Assembly (NCBI RefSeq): GCF_035594765.1
Contig: NC_085846.1
Location: forward strand, 10,155,190 to 10,219,189
Source: Anolis carolinensis
Lineage: Eukaryota
DNA length: 64,000 nt
Reading direction: 5' to 3'
Positions 48,540 through 62,800 of the stretch are shown in pieces. The notes beneath the pieces are model-generated. The model was not told where the DNA came from. It was given only the letters and a program-made list of their open reading frames with translations, and ran no database searches. The number at the start of each line of letters is the position of its first letter. Position 1 is the first letter of the stretch. Position numbers and translations under genes: made by a program.

Positions 48540-49386
48540 CTGCCATGGCTGCATTTTTTTGAAGGTCTCTGATCCCAGTTGTTCTGTGTTTGAACTTGGA
48601 TGAATCCATGTCATGCAAAGCATGTGCAACAGCATAGACAGCATTGTAGATGCTGTAGCTGTGGCTGGTCATGCTCATTTCAAAAACAGACATAGGAAGA
48701 GTCTCCAGCTTGTTCTCCTCAGTGCAGATATTTTCAGGGGACTCGTCTAAATTGAGCCTGGGAAAAGAACACATGAATGCCTGCTGCCAGAAGTCCCCGA
48801 TAAAGCCATCCTCTTGATCGGTGTCTGGTTTTCTGTCCTGCAGGAATTCATGGAATCCTGAAACCTTTTTTGGGAGACGTGAAATGGACAAAGCCCCATT
48901 GATGAAGCTGAGATCCCAGTCTCTTTGAATTGGGAGCAATGCAAAATCTATTTCTGCTGTCATTATCCAGACTTTATTTATTTTTGGTAAATCAAAGTAA
49001 AATGGAATTTCTATCCATATTCTAAAAACTACAATTGACTGAATTTCGCCATGTATGATCACTGCATTGGCAGTACTTGTCCCAACAAGGTATGACGTTT
49101 CAATAAGTTCATTTTTCATTGTTTCAATTTCACTAAAAAAGTTTATTAGGACTGCTGCTTTTATGAAGTCAAAGCAGATACCTTTTTGCATGAACATGGG
49201 GAGTACTTTATGTGCAAATCTTTCTCCCATTTCAGATTTGAAATACATCACTCCAATCCACTTCCACTGGAAATACAAAATTAAGTCGAGAATCCCAGTG
49301 TATTGGTGGGTAGTACTTGGGAACATGTTGTGAAAGAAAACAGCTTCCTTTTTGTTATCCATTAGTGGAGCAGAGCCATATGTGAT
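48540..49386 (-). CDS. V2R gene E exon 3 (+1 frameshift near 3' end)
   Basis: 847 nt; frame reads LQKNAAMA instead of LQKMQxWQ. Confidence 0.85.
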
Positions 49387-51092
49387 CTTTGGGGTGAGAG
49401 ATAAGGAGGTAATCATATTAGCACATTACATCTACAAGTCAATATAATTTTAAATTAGTGAATGAAATGACTTTATCAGGTAGTATATCAATACAGTTAA
49501 ATCCAAGTAATGGTACTGAAATAATAATATCCCCCGAAAAGGAATCCAAAGCAAGAAAAAATAGGGGACAAATGTATTAGAGTAAGGTAATAATTACAGA
49601 AAATATTTTAACATTTATCTAAAAACATTTGTGTTTGCACCTCTGAGGGTTTGAAAGGAATTCTATTGTACTGGTTTGGACTTTGTAAGATCCGGTACCT
49701 TAAGTAATGACTGAACAACCCATCAGTTAAAATGCATTCTGCATTAGCTACATCTTCTGGATCATCTTCAAGGGCAGGTCAGTATGAAATCCATAACTGT
49801 AAGCTAACTTGGATGCAAATTCTTTGACTAGGCTATGCCTGCCTAAGAGTGGTTATAGCTGGTGAACAAGCCAAAACAGGTTAAAAGAAATGAGGCTAAC
49901 TTGAATCTCAAATGACATTCAAAAGCTAAGCAACCATCCTTTTAAAAAGAGTAAATAACTTTCGGAAGTGAGGAAATGTTCCTTTTCAGGTTATATCATA
50001 TACATGTAATTCCTGAACACTGACAGGTTTTCCACCTTGACAGAATTCATCCTGATGTTTGTCATTTTTGGAAATTGATTTGCCTGGTGTATAGTAGAAG
50101 AAATAATAGGGTGTTTTTGGGCGGGGGGCCAGCATCTTAATAAAATTCATCAGCCAATGATGTAATCCCAGGGTGGGCTTTTATGGGACTTCACTGCTTA
50201 GATCCCATTGGATTCTGTAAAGGCCCATGTATATTATGTCTCATACTGGGAAGGAGTTTGATGCGTTACTTATAAAATCCAGGAGAACTGAACTTTGAGG
50301 TCCCATAAATATCCATCTCATTTCATGTATAGTTTTGAATTTTCTTCAGCTCAACATGCAACATATGTTTCTGCAGTTTGCCCATCCCTAATCTACATGG
50401 AACAGATCAAAAATGTAATCTAGGATTGAAGTGACAGATAGATAACATTCAACTCTATCTTTGATTTCAACAGGCACAAGAGATTGTAGGCCAGGAAGTT
50501 AGAAGGTGATTTGTTGAACAATATGGTGGAACAATGAGGTATTATGAGCTTGTTATTGTTGCCCAATCATATAGGCTACTAGAAGGACACATGAATATCT
50601 TTTATGCCTCCCAGCACTATGCTTTTTATATTTCCGGTCTGCAGATGACCAAAGTTTGGAAAAACAATATTAGTGACCAAAATGGAAATATATAATTTTA
50701 CTTGAAACTTCCTACTGTGAGACAGGTGCCTTCCGTGTCAGTGTACCATTGATTTCAATCTAAATTTTTATATTTTCATATTAAAACTGCATCAGATCAT
50801 CTGCCTCATTGATATATAATCCAATAGCTAGTACTGCATTTTCCAGAACCAATCCTTTCAGAGTCAAGTTATTTTGTTCACATCAGAAAACCCATCTCTA
50901 GCAGTAAAGTTTTCCAAGCATAGAAAGACTGGTAGAATGAAAGACATGTGAATATCTCAAGTCAAAGTGAGGCAATATTTTTCCTAGCTTGCTTAGGGAA
51001 AAGTTAACAAAACGAAAATTCAGGCTCTGTAGAGATTGAATTCTCCTAAAAATCCTGTTGTTTTAAACTCTTAATTCTGTGCGTGAGCTTAC

Positions 51093-51384
51093 CTGTGAAA
51101 ACTTATAGGCACACAGGATATCAGCCATGAAAAGACAGACCTCAGAAGTAGGTCCCCCAATGACGGCTGCTAGGTTGTCTTGGGCATCACATTTGTAGTT
51201 AGGGAAAAAATTGTCCCAGGTAGAAAGGAGTTCCATTGAAGCACGATAAGTAAAGTAGGCAAGAAAATGACTGTTGTAAATGAAGAATCCCAATGTGATG
51301 TTGGGTAAGATAAGGGAATTTTCATTGATCGCCTTAATGGCAAAAATCAAGGCCAGGATGTGTTGGTAGTTGTGAGAAAACACT
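51093..51384 (-). CDS. V2R gene E exon 2
   Basis: 292 nt, CAG/GTAAG. Confidence 0.88.
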
Positions 51385-51570
51385 CTGAAATAACAGTAAC
51401 AGCGGATTTATATTTCAGATTAATATACTTTTTCTATCTGCATTGCACTAAAATATAATGAAGAATGTCTGACTACAGTTACAGAAAAACGGGCTTGAGC
51501 TTTCTACTAATATACAATCCAACATTGATTTAGGTGTGGATTAGAATTCATGTGTATATAATTTATTGTT

Positions 51571-51602
<32 letters not shown>

Positions 51603-52096
51603 TGCTCTGTCATGCTTTATCTCTCTAAAAAGGGACCCTAAAGCACTAAAAACAATGCAATATACCAACATGGGAAGATATTTATTACTATTTTTCTTTT
51701 TCAAAGGTAGCAATGGAGTCTTAAATAACTATATGAAAGACTTTCAGAAATCATTAATAAATTTATAAATAGTTCTCACATGGCATTTTTTTGTGCAGAG
51801 AACTACATTTTCTGTGCAGGAAGCTACATTTCGTGTTTTGTACATAAAAAGCTGCACATAACTTTTTTTTGTATAAAACAATGACCACATTTGCAAGTGT
51901 TACATTGAGTAAGTCCCATATGAAAACCAAGTACTTTTAAAAAACATTTTTGTATATTTTCTAATTTTCTTTCCATTTTTAATTTAAACCAGTTCCAACA
52001 TATAACAACTGAATTTTTAACAGATCCCAACATCTCTTATGTCTGAATTATTGCATGAAATAATTGGGGGGGGGGGGAGGGGAACCAAATTCATAC

Positions 52097-52356
52097 ATCG
52101 TATCTCCTTGAGATTTCTCAGCAGGATTTTGTCTAAAGGATATCTCTTCAGAAGACATAAAAATCTGAGACAGAATGGCACCTATGTGCAGGTCTCCCGA
52201 GATGTGATACTTGTGATGAATATGAAGAGATTGACCAATGTCACATGAACCAGCTGTGCATGCCACCTGAAACAGACTGAACACCAGCAGAATGAAAATG
52301 AGTTGGATGGATAGTTTAATTCTGCATAGAAATATTCTACTTAGACAATTAGCCAT
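52097..52356 (-). CDS. V2R gene E exon 1
   Basis: 260 nt from ATG to GTATG donor. Confidence 0.82.
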
Positions 52357-53049
52357 TGCTTCCCAAATTGTGATCCAGGTCTCCTGTAGTAGTACAGCCT
52401 GTTTGAAGTTCCGTTTGTTTCCTGGTTTGAAATCAGTTCTGTACAGTGTGAAATATACACAGTCAAAGCAATGGAACCGTCTTTTCCTCCATCTACAGCT
52501 CCAATGACATTAGCAAGCATATAATTTAGAGCAATGCACTCCGATGCAGGTTCAGTTGTAGATAAATCCCACTGATTGTACAGTGATGTAGTCCTGGGTA
52601 TAAAAGAGCACAGGCAGAACCTTTTCTTCACTAGTATTCCCTGGAGTTTCCAGGAATGTAAAAGAAATAAGAGCAAATCGGATAAACTAGGTCATTAAAT
52701 GGGAGTGCCCTGGGACATTGCAAAAATATGTTTATCACAACTCCACAGGTGTCTTCTCAGATCATACCAAATTTAACAGTAGTCATATGGGTCCTAATTA
52801 TGTCTATAAAAAACATGTCCAGGAAGCAAAAAAAAAAAAAAAAAAACTTCCAAGGAAAGAACTAGTCTTCTGGGCATTAACTGGTTGCCCAGTATTTTAT
52901 ACAAGTTTGAGACTATGGGGTTGATGTTTCCAAAAGTAAGATCAGCATTGCTGGATTTGATTACAGGACTAGATAGTCCACTTATTCATGCTGTGTTTAA
53001 TCCTGGGGGGGCATTTACACTGTGAAAATAGTATAGTTTTAACTGTGAT

Positions 53050-54060
53050 AGCTCATTTGTACCCGGTGGTTCTGTTGGGTGGGATGTGTTCCAGTTTGGC
53101 TAGTTGGTGGAGGAAATGGGCTAAGTTGACACATGTCCCTCTCTATGTCAGAAATCCATGAAAAGAAATGGGGATTTATTGATGTGGAGCATGTCAGAGC
53201 ATTGAATGGGCCAAGGGAACATGTTTGAATTTCATCGTTATGCTCATGAGATGAAGGAATTGGAATGGAAGTTAAACTTGGAATTGGAGTGGGTCCATCC
53301 CCTCTTTTATGTTTTGGAACACACAATGTTCTAGCTTGCACTTAAAGGTTGGCTGGGTTCAAAACAATCAGGCATAGCGAGTCTCTAAGCACCAGGCTGG
53401 GTGGTGTCAAGGGAGGAGCATCAGATAGATCTCATTTTCTTCAAGCATCACAGTCAAAAACCGTGATAGATGAAGGTTATAGACATTGTTGGCACAAACC
53501 CATGAAAATTCCTGGGGATGGGGCTGCTGAGGATTTGGGTTATTCTCATAACCCCCTTTTGAGCAATTTACGTACTCCGAACTCCACTGTACAATCAGCA
53601 TAACCCGGTGCCTTAAACTAGAGCACTGACACCTTGTCCCAAATGGACTGTGGCTCCAACCCTTTCCTTTTAAGAAAAAGGCAGAACTGTAATATATGTT
53701 CAACCAGCACTGGCAAAAGATCACTTAGCCTCTATTTTTTTCCTGAAGTCTGTGAACCCCAGTTCATCCCTTGTGTAAGAGCTGGTGCCAACGCCAGTCC
53801 GATTCCCCTGACTACCTCCTCACTCCAAATTCCCATCATCAGCATCTACACCATCCGAATGACGGTGCTGCATACTCCACAGAGCTTCCACACGAAAAGC
53901 CTTGAACCAAATGTTATGTTGGAGGCAGTGTAACGTAAAACAATCGATTGCTTCCATGACACAATTAGACTTGAATGTTAGGAAACTGAAAACGTTAACC
54001 TGTACTGTGGCCTTATTGTCACATCAAAAATGGAATCACTGATCTACAGCATTCTTGAAG
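53050..54060 (-). mobile_element. DIRS/Ngaro-type relic (paralog of 40900)
   Basis: Colinear with the D upstream copy and keeps about 120 bp lost there. Confidence 0.55.
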
Positions 54061-54349
54061 AGTGGTAAGATTCAATTATGTGACATAAGGACATATGTGG
54101 GTGAGTGATGATAGCACATTTCATTTTTTATCCCCAGGAATAATGAGAATTCCCCCCCCCCCAAATAATCATTCCTTGATCTTATCATTGAATTATACAA
54201 TAATAAAGTTGGCAGGGACCACATGGGCCACCCAGTCCCCCTACCATGCAGGAAAATCACAATCAAAGTATCTCTCCTAAGACTTTTGGTAATCTGGTCC
54301 AGAACCCTATTGGTACCATACAAATTCAGTTGCATTTTTTTCTAGGATT

Positions 54350-54454
54350 GCAGGGTTGTTGTATGTATTTTGGGCTGTGTGGCCATGTTCCAGAAGTATT
54401 CTCTCCTGACGTTTCGCCCACATCTATGGCAGGCATCCTCAGAGGTTGTTGAGG
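54350..54454 (-). mobile_element. Penelope-like pLTR insertion (paralog of 42279)
   Basis: Same flanking duplication. Confidence 0.85.
54405..54445 (-). ncRNA. Minimal type I hammerhead ribozyme motif
   Basis: Exact reverse complement of the 42002-42042 motif, GUC site intact. Confidence 0.7.
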
Positions 54455-55642
54455 TACAAATTAAGTTGCATTTTTCTAGGATTGCCTAGCAATTGTGTAA
54501 AACAGAAGATATGAAATATAGGCTCTGAGCAGCCTATTTTTCTATTGTTCTTGTTTTAATATTCTTGCTCATGTTTATGCTGTTAGTGACTTTCAGTCTT
54601 TTCCTGGACTATATTACTTTGGGATTTTCATGAGACATTTGAATTACTGCTGGGTTATCATCTATTGCTAACCATTTTTTGGATTCTACATCCTCTTTCC
54701 TTATTCCTCTTTTTTCATATGTTGTATGTGTTTTTACAGAAAAATTGATTGTTTTTCTTTGGATTCATGTGTGGTGCTGTGGTTATAGGAGTTTCCAGGC
54801 CTGAGGTGCTGCTGGTGTTATCCCATTGCAAATAGGAAGTTTTCAAGAAGAGTCCACCTCAATGTTTTACTGGGGATGAGGTGGGGTAATCACCATCCTT
54901 CTTGCGCACCCTGTGTTTACACTGGCAGAATTGTCTTAGGCCAGGATGAAAGAGGGAAAGTGTCTCTGCCAAAATCGGAATGGGGCACCCAAACAATCAG
55001 GTCAAGCCCTAATATGGGGGGGGGGGGGGTGTTACTAGAATTTTGAACAGTCACAAACAATTTTAATGGAGTTTTTCTAAAAACTAAAAGGAGATGGCTA
55101 CAATTATCAAGTAGATAACAGACTAGCTAATGTGTTCAGTTGAGTGTGTGGGGCAGGCAAAATCATGACAGTATATTTGAAACTGCAATGAAAGCTGTGT
55201 GAATATGCATTTCTGTGTCCAACTGATTCATGTCTACTCAAAAATAAGCCTTAGCTCTAATTAGCTCCTATGATGACTTTTATTTTTGACTTTGGTTGCA
55301 GTTTGCAAAAAGACATTTACAGAAAGGAAAGCTTCAGGAGAAATTCAATAGAAATTCAATAAATCACAAGCTTAAGCATAAAAGAAATTGGCATGATATA
55401 TTTCCGATAGAGGAATATACTATACATTAGCATAATACCAAACCTAATATTGGTCTTACATATACTGATTCTTCAATTCAAACTAAGACTGGGACCCATC
55501 CTTCTGATGAAATTATGAGGATAAAATATAGATCATTACTTTGTACCAGAATATCATCTCTCATCAGGACATTTTATTAACCTTAGGAACCAAATTCTAA
55601 ATAAGAGACAACAGATGATAAATGAATAAACAGAAACTTTCT

Positions 55643-56514
55643 TTAATGCTTTCTTTTCATTACTTGCTCCTTTGTATTCATATCAGGCCTCAGAATAATG
55701 ATATAGCATTTGGGGAAAAATATAAAACCAAGTAATCCGGCACTGGAAGCTAAGATTGAGAAGATCTCCACGGCCACCATGTATTTCCCCTTGGAGCTCA
55801 AGTATGTTGGCACAAAGGAAATCCACACACTGCAGAAGACCAACATACTGAAGGTGATGAACCTGGCAAAGAAAGCTGACGTGAAACTGCAAATGGACAG
55901 GAAACCCATAAAACCCAAGAGGCAATAAAACATGGTGATTGACCCTTCATTACACTCCAGAATAATTTCTTCAGCCATTGAGTTCACATCAAGATCAGGA
56001 AATGGTGGAAAGGTAGACAGCCACACTGTACAAATGGTGGCTTGAATGAGCAAGCTGGAAAGAACAATGGACGTGGCCATTCTTTTCCCCAACCATTTCC
56101 TCCACTTGGATTCAGGCTTGGTGGCTTGGAAAGCAAGAATCACAGTGATAGTTTTTGCCAACACAGAAGAAATGGCCACTGAGAAGATGATGCCAAAAGC
56201 TGTCTGACGAAGGAGACAGGTCATCTTCTGTGGCTTTCCAATGAACAGCAGAGCACAAAGGAAGGAGAGCAGGAGGGAGAGGAGGAGGGTGTAGGTGAGG
56301 GTCCGATTATTGGCCTTGACAATGGGAGTGTCCCGGTGTTTGAGGAAGATCCCAAGCACCACAACAGTCACACAAAACAGGAAAAGAGCAAAGCTGGCCA
56401 AACCTGTTCCAAATGGGTCTTCAAAACCAAGGAAAATTATATATTTGGGGATGCAGAAATCCCTCTTCTTGTTTGGGTAATGATCTTCTGGACACTGAAA
56501 GCAGTTATCCACAT
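55643..56514 (-). CDS. V2R gene F exon 6 (7TM, lacks [10 protein letters not shown])
   Basis: FFARFITF where paralogs read [18 protein letters not shown]. Confidence 0.9.
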
Positions 56515-56787
56515 CTAGGGAAAAGGAAACATTGACATACATGTGGCAACCTTACTTAAAGTCAATTGATATAGTCAAAATATTATTTTGAAAGCCTGTA
56601 GTAAAGCTTATGGCATCAACATTTCCACATTCCATGTCCTAGATATGTTAGGTAATTAAATATTTAAAATGCATGCTTTGATAGATAATTGCATCAAACT
56701 ATACCATTGAAGAAGATAAAAGTGAACTTATCTAGATAATTCACTATAGGAATATTCTAAAATAACTAGAAATAGACTAGGAGAAAT

Positions 56788-56833
<46 letters not shown>

Positions 56834-59800
56834 TATCGCCCTATCTTCCCAAAGGGACTCAAGTGGTTTCCAACATGTACAGCAAACATTTAATGCTGAA
56901 AAGGGAAAACAATTCAGAACATACTACATCAGGCTAAATCATATTGAGACAATATAGAAGGAATCTAAATCTTAACTTAATAACGGACAAAATAACTGAC
57001 AATAAGAACTTAAATGACCTATAGGAATATGCCAATTAATGTAAATTCGACACTAAATAAAAGCAATTTAGTACAATCACTAAAACAATTATAAAAGATG
57101 TCATGCAACAACCAGTGGGCTGAGGTTAGTTTCCATCTCTAGACAAGGTTTAAAATGTCTAGGCGAGAGTAGACATTGGCCATATTAGTCTCCTCCTCTC
57201 CATACGCCGCAGTATGTATGTAGGTTTTCAGCAGTTTATTTAAAGCAGGAAGAGAGGGAGCAGTTTTTAATTCTTTTGGGAGGGGGTTCCAGAGGTGGAG
57301 AGTGACCACGAAGAAGGCCCTGTCTCTCGTTTCCACCAACTGTGCTTGAGACGGGGGTGGGACTGAGAGCAGGGCCTCCTCTGCAGATTGCAAGACTCAA
57401 GCCAGTTTAGCTCCAGTGAATCTAAACCTGACCAGGTAGTGATCGGTCCATGACAAAAGAACTGTGGCCAGCTCCTTTACAATACCATCACCATCATCCC
57501 GCCCCGAACAGAAGGAAGAACAGAATTATATATGAATGTCTCCAACCCAAGGAACGGGAAGTCACAAAACTGGCAGGGGTTGGAGGAGGGGAGAGTATAA
57601 CTAAATATGAATACATATTGTACAGATATAAGGAAATATTGTATTGGTTCATGCAGGCATACATATATACAGATTTATTTCACCGTATTTTTATGAATAT
57701 GTAAATTGAAAATAAAAAATCATATTAATCCAGAAAAATAAAATAACAACTTTTGTCTTGAAAAAAGGATTTTTGTTATACATGTAGAGTGTGAAGGAAA
57801 GTTATAGAAAATACATTCCATGTGACATAAGAAGATTGAGAGTGAGGGAGGGAAGGAGAGAAGAAGGAAAGAAGGATGGGCCACTCTTACCCTTCTGGGC
57901 AGAAATCTTCCCTCCTGGACATGGAATACAATCATAGCAGCAAAATGGCTTCCCTTCCTTCTTTCTTTTACTATAACCTGGATAACAATGGTCATTACAC
58001 AAAGAAAGAGGTTGTGCCTATCAACAAATAAAGGGAAATATTTCATGGTGATGGCCTTCAACTCTCTTTTCCACTCTAATATAATTCAATGGAATCTGTT
58101 TGATTTCTAAACCTTTGTCTAGCATCTGTAATGGACTGATGAGGGCAAAGAAACGGAGTGTGAGTTCTGACAAGACAGAGGTGTTCACAGTCAGTTGAAA
58201 GGCAGATAAACCAATCAGGATACACCCTGTGGTGGTTGAGGTTACACTGGAAGTACACAGATACACAACCTGTGTGGCCTCAGCCTTAGAATCATAGAAT
58301 AGTAGAGTTGGAAGAGACCTCATGGGCCATCTAGTCCAACCCCCTGCCAAGAAGCAGGAAATCGCATTCAAAGCACTCCCGGCAGATGGCCATCCCCCGA
58401 CAGATGGCCTTGAATATAGCAGGGCAGGAAAGATGGTCACTAATATCAAAATTGCCCAGGCTTCTGCGGTTTCCAGGTGTGCTCTGGAACACTGAAAGGC
58501 TATGAGCCCAACTCCACCCAATACTGAAGAAGTCTGATCCATTCACAGTTATATATGCCTTGATGAGGGCTAACTTTAAAGAGTGTTCAGAAATTTCAGC
58601 TGGGACCAAGAGTAACTCCACAAAGTCTGTGATCTCCTCAATTGAAAGTGTTGCTAGTGACATAGAAAGGCCTACACAACATACGTAGATCTAGGTTGTT
58701 GGAAAAACCAACTTCCTCGATCCTGATATTTGCAAAAAGTCTACCACTTTTGGTTCCACCATCTGAACAAATATGCTTGGTAGAAACAAGAGAGAGGACC
58801 TTTTCAGTGGAGAAGAAAGAATGAAAGAAGGATTCCCAGCTCATGAAAAACACTCACTGGTTTGAATGTAGAGGGTGGAAATCACCACATGATGGAATGT
58901 ATTCACATCCTACCTGATTGAACCAGCTGGGCCATACAATGGCATCCTCATGAACAGTGAACTCAACGGTTGGTAGAGACTGTGGATCTATCCTTCCCAC
59001 TTTCACTCGACTAAAGGTCTCATTGGGGAATGTGACCCAGTTGACGATATCAAACCCAGCTACTAATTCCCCATTTTTATTAAAGGAAATCTGTTCACCA
59101 ACAGTGTTGTTAAATATAACACATTTTAGGAAGCGGTGAAGCTAAATTGAGAGGAGAAAACGCAGTTACAAATGATGCTCACTATCCAAATAAATAACAT
59201 GTGATAGTAAAAGGTTGCATTTGACATCTCTGTTTAATGGAACCTATGTGTTGTTATAGAAGGTATATGTTTATTGGTGATACTACTGAACTATTTTATA
59301 TAAAGCTAGGAAATGTCTAGCACACTGAGCAGTGCATGTACATCTTCCAGTATAGACTGCATTAACCAGGAAAGACATTCCGCCTGATCTTGAATGCTCA
59401 ACAGGGTCAGCCCTGGATAGTGCTTGGATAGTGCATCTGCGCATGGTTTGGTAACTGCACAGTGGCTGATAGGACGGTGCTCCAAAGGGTCACCACTACT
59501 TCAAAGAAAATCATTGGTTGCTCTGCCCTGTTTGGAAGAACTTTATATGTCCCATAGCCATAAGAAAGCTTAGGACATTTTTGGGAATCCATCTCACCCA
59601 GCATATTCCTTTTTTGAATTATTTCCATCTGCAGATGCAAATGGTACAGGGTGACTAAGACAAGGAGAAACAGACTGAGAGACACCTTCTTTTGTAGAGT
59701 TGTGGCTATGTTGAACTCCATGGTTTTGCATTGATGTGGCATTAGGGGCTATGCAATTATCATGGGGGTGTGTTGTTTTGTGGTGTGTGTTGGGGAAAAC

Positions 59801-62800
59801 ATTTAATTTTGTTGTGCAATAGTACAATGTCAATACAGCTATTCTATTCTATTCTATTCTATTCTATTCTATTCTATTCTATTCTATCCTATTCATTCTA
59901 GTGATTGGATGGAAAAATGCCAGCGAATGCCTGGCGCTATAGGCTATATTTCATAGGAAGGAAATAATAAAACCACATCAGAGTCTACCTTGCCTAAGAA
60001 ACTCATGGGTTCTCCATTAGTTAACAGGCAATGTGGCAGGCACATACATTCAAATTGGAAACATGGGTCATATGGAATAAATATGAAACAATATTTGCAG
60101 TGTGCAATTCAGTATCCAGAAATCATCTGGATCGCTTTGAATGTTATAACATATAAACTATTGGAAAAGTTTGACAAAAAACAGGGCAAGAAAGATGGCC
60201 ACTAATATCAAAATTACAATGTAAAACGGATTAGTTGAAGAAAGGTTGTAGGAACTGGCTGTTTTTATCCTGGATAAGAAAAAAACTAATAGAAACACAA
60301 GAGCTGGAATAAGACAGAAAAGGTATCTTGTCTTTTTTGCTGTGTGTTGTGTCTACCATCTATGATGAACCTAAAGCAAGTCAGGTTTTCCTGAGAAGGT
60401 TTGTTCAGAGGCAGTTTGTTATCAATGTGCACCTATTCTCCACGAAGTAGAAATATATATGGAAATAAAAGACAGACAGATGCATGATCATCTTGCAATA
60501 GGAACTTAATAAAAATAAGGGGTGATCATATCATATCATATACCTTTACTTGCATAAACTAAATTTACATGAAGTATGACACCAAAGTACAATAATAAGA
60601 AGTTACAAAACGAATCAAGTATATTCCAGCTTTAATGAAAACAGAAGTAGCTATGAAGTCACAGTAAAAGGAAGGTGACTCAGTCCTATTGCCTAGACAC
60701 CAAAATTCTATCTTTTCCAGAAGATTTGATGGCTAAACATACAAATAAGGTGAATGATTCTGTAACATTGTGCTCCAAACATTACCTGCCATGACTGCAT
60801 TTTTTGAAGATCTCTGATCTCAGTTCTTCTGTGTTTGAATTTGGATGAATCCATGTCATGCAAAGCATGAGCGGTAGCATAGACAGCGTTGTAGATGTTG
60901 TAGCTGTGGCTGGTCATGCTCATTTCAAAAACAGACATAGGAAGAGTCTCCAGCTTCTCCTCCTGAGTGCAGATATGTTCAGGGGACTCGTCTAAATTGA
61001 GCTCGGGAAAAGAACACATGAATGCCTGCTGCCAGAAGTCCCCAATAAAGCCATCCTCTTGATCGGTGTCTGGTTTTCTGTCCTGCAGGAATTCATGGAA
61101 ACCTGAAATTTTTTGGGGGAGAAGTGAAATCGATAAAGCCCCATTGATGAAGCTCAGGTCCCAGTCTCTTTGAATTGGGAGCAATCCAAAATCTATTTCT
61201 GCTGTCATTATCCAAACTTTATTTATTTTTGGCCAATCAAGGTAAAATGGAATTTCTATCCATATTCTCAAAGTTAGAATTGACTGAATTTCCCCATGTA
61301 GGATCACTGCATTGACAGTGCTTTTTCCGATAAGGTATGATGTTCCAATAAGCTCATTTGACATTGTTTCAAATTCACTGAAAAAATTCATTTGGATTGC
61401 TGCTCTTATGAAATCAAAGCAGATACCTTTTTGCATGAACATGGGGAGTACTTTATGTACAAATTGTTGTCCCATTTCAGTATCGAAATACATCACTCCA
61501 ATCCACTTCCACTGGAAATGCAAAATTAAATTGAGAATCCCAATGTATTGGTGGCTCCCACTTGGGAACATTTGGTGAAAGAAAACAGCTTCCTTTTTGT
61601 TATCCATTAGTGGAGCAGAGCCATATGTGATCTTTGGGGTGAGAGATAAGGAGGTAATCATATTAGCACATTACATCTACAAGTTAATATAATTGTAATG
61701 AGTGAATGAAATGATTGTATCAAGTGGTGCATCAGTACAGTCAAAACCAAATAATGGTACTGAAATAATAAAATCCCCCCAAAAGAAATCCAAGGTGAGA
61801 CAAAAACAGAGGAAAAATGCATTAGAGTAAGAAAATAATTACAGAAAATATTTTAACATTTATATAAAAACATTCGTGTTTGCACCTCAAAGGTTTGAAA
61901 GGAATCATATATATGGAATTTGCGAACATTGATAGGCTTTCCACCTTGACAGACTTCATCCTGATGTTTGTCGTTTTCGGAAATTTATTTGCCTGATGTA
62001 TAGTAGAAGAAACGATAGATATTGGGGGAGGGGGAACCAGCATCTTAATAAAACCTATCACCCAATGATATTATTTAAGGGAGGTGGGCCTTTATGGGAC
62101 TTCACTGCTTAGATCCCACTAGATTCTACAAAGGCCCATGTATATTATGTATCATACTTGGAAGGAGTTCGATGTGTTACTTATAAAATCCACGGGAACT
62201 GAGCTGTGAGGTCTCATAAATATCCATCTCATCCCATGTATAGATGTTGCTATAGTTTGCCCATCCCTAATGTACATGGAACAGATCAAAGATGTAATCT
62301 AGGATCTAAGTGACAGATAGGTAACATCCAACTCTATCTTTGATTTCAACAGGCTCCCGAGAGTGTAGGCCAGGAAGTTAGAAGGTGATTTGTTGAACAA
62401 TATGGTGGAACGATGAGGTATTATGAGCTTGTTATTGTTGCCCAATCATATAGGCTACTGGAAGGACACATGAATATCTTTTATGCTTCCCAGCGCTATG
62501 CTTTTTGCTTTTCTGGTTGGGATATGAACAAAGTTCAGAAAAACAATATTAGTGACCAAAATGGGGAAAAAAATATAATTTTACTTGAAACTTCCTACTT
62601 CCTTCCTAAAAACTTCCTTCCTAAAAACTGCATCAGATCATCTGCCTCATTGATATATAATCCCCTAGCGTTTTCCAGAAAGAATAATTTCAGAGAAAAA
62701 TTATTTTGTTCACATCAAAAAACCAATCTCTAGCAGTAAAGTTATCCAAGCATAGAAAGAATGGTAGAATGAAAGAAATGGGAATATCTCAACTCACATT

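Larger units (their letters stand above)
44020..52356 (-). pseudogene. V2R gene E, frameshifted (young pseudogene or homopolymer sequencing error)
   Basis: Exons 52097-52356, 51093-51384, 48540-49386 (847 nt, one extra), 47001-47228, 45996-46122, 44020-44921. T7 at 48554-48560 versus T6 in B, D and F gives a TAA early in exon 4. No other lesion seen. Confidence 0.7.
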
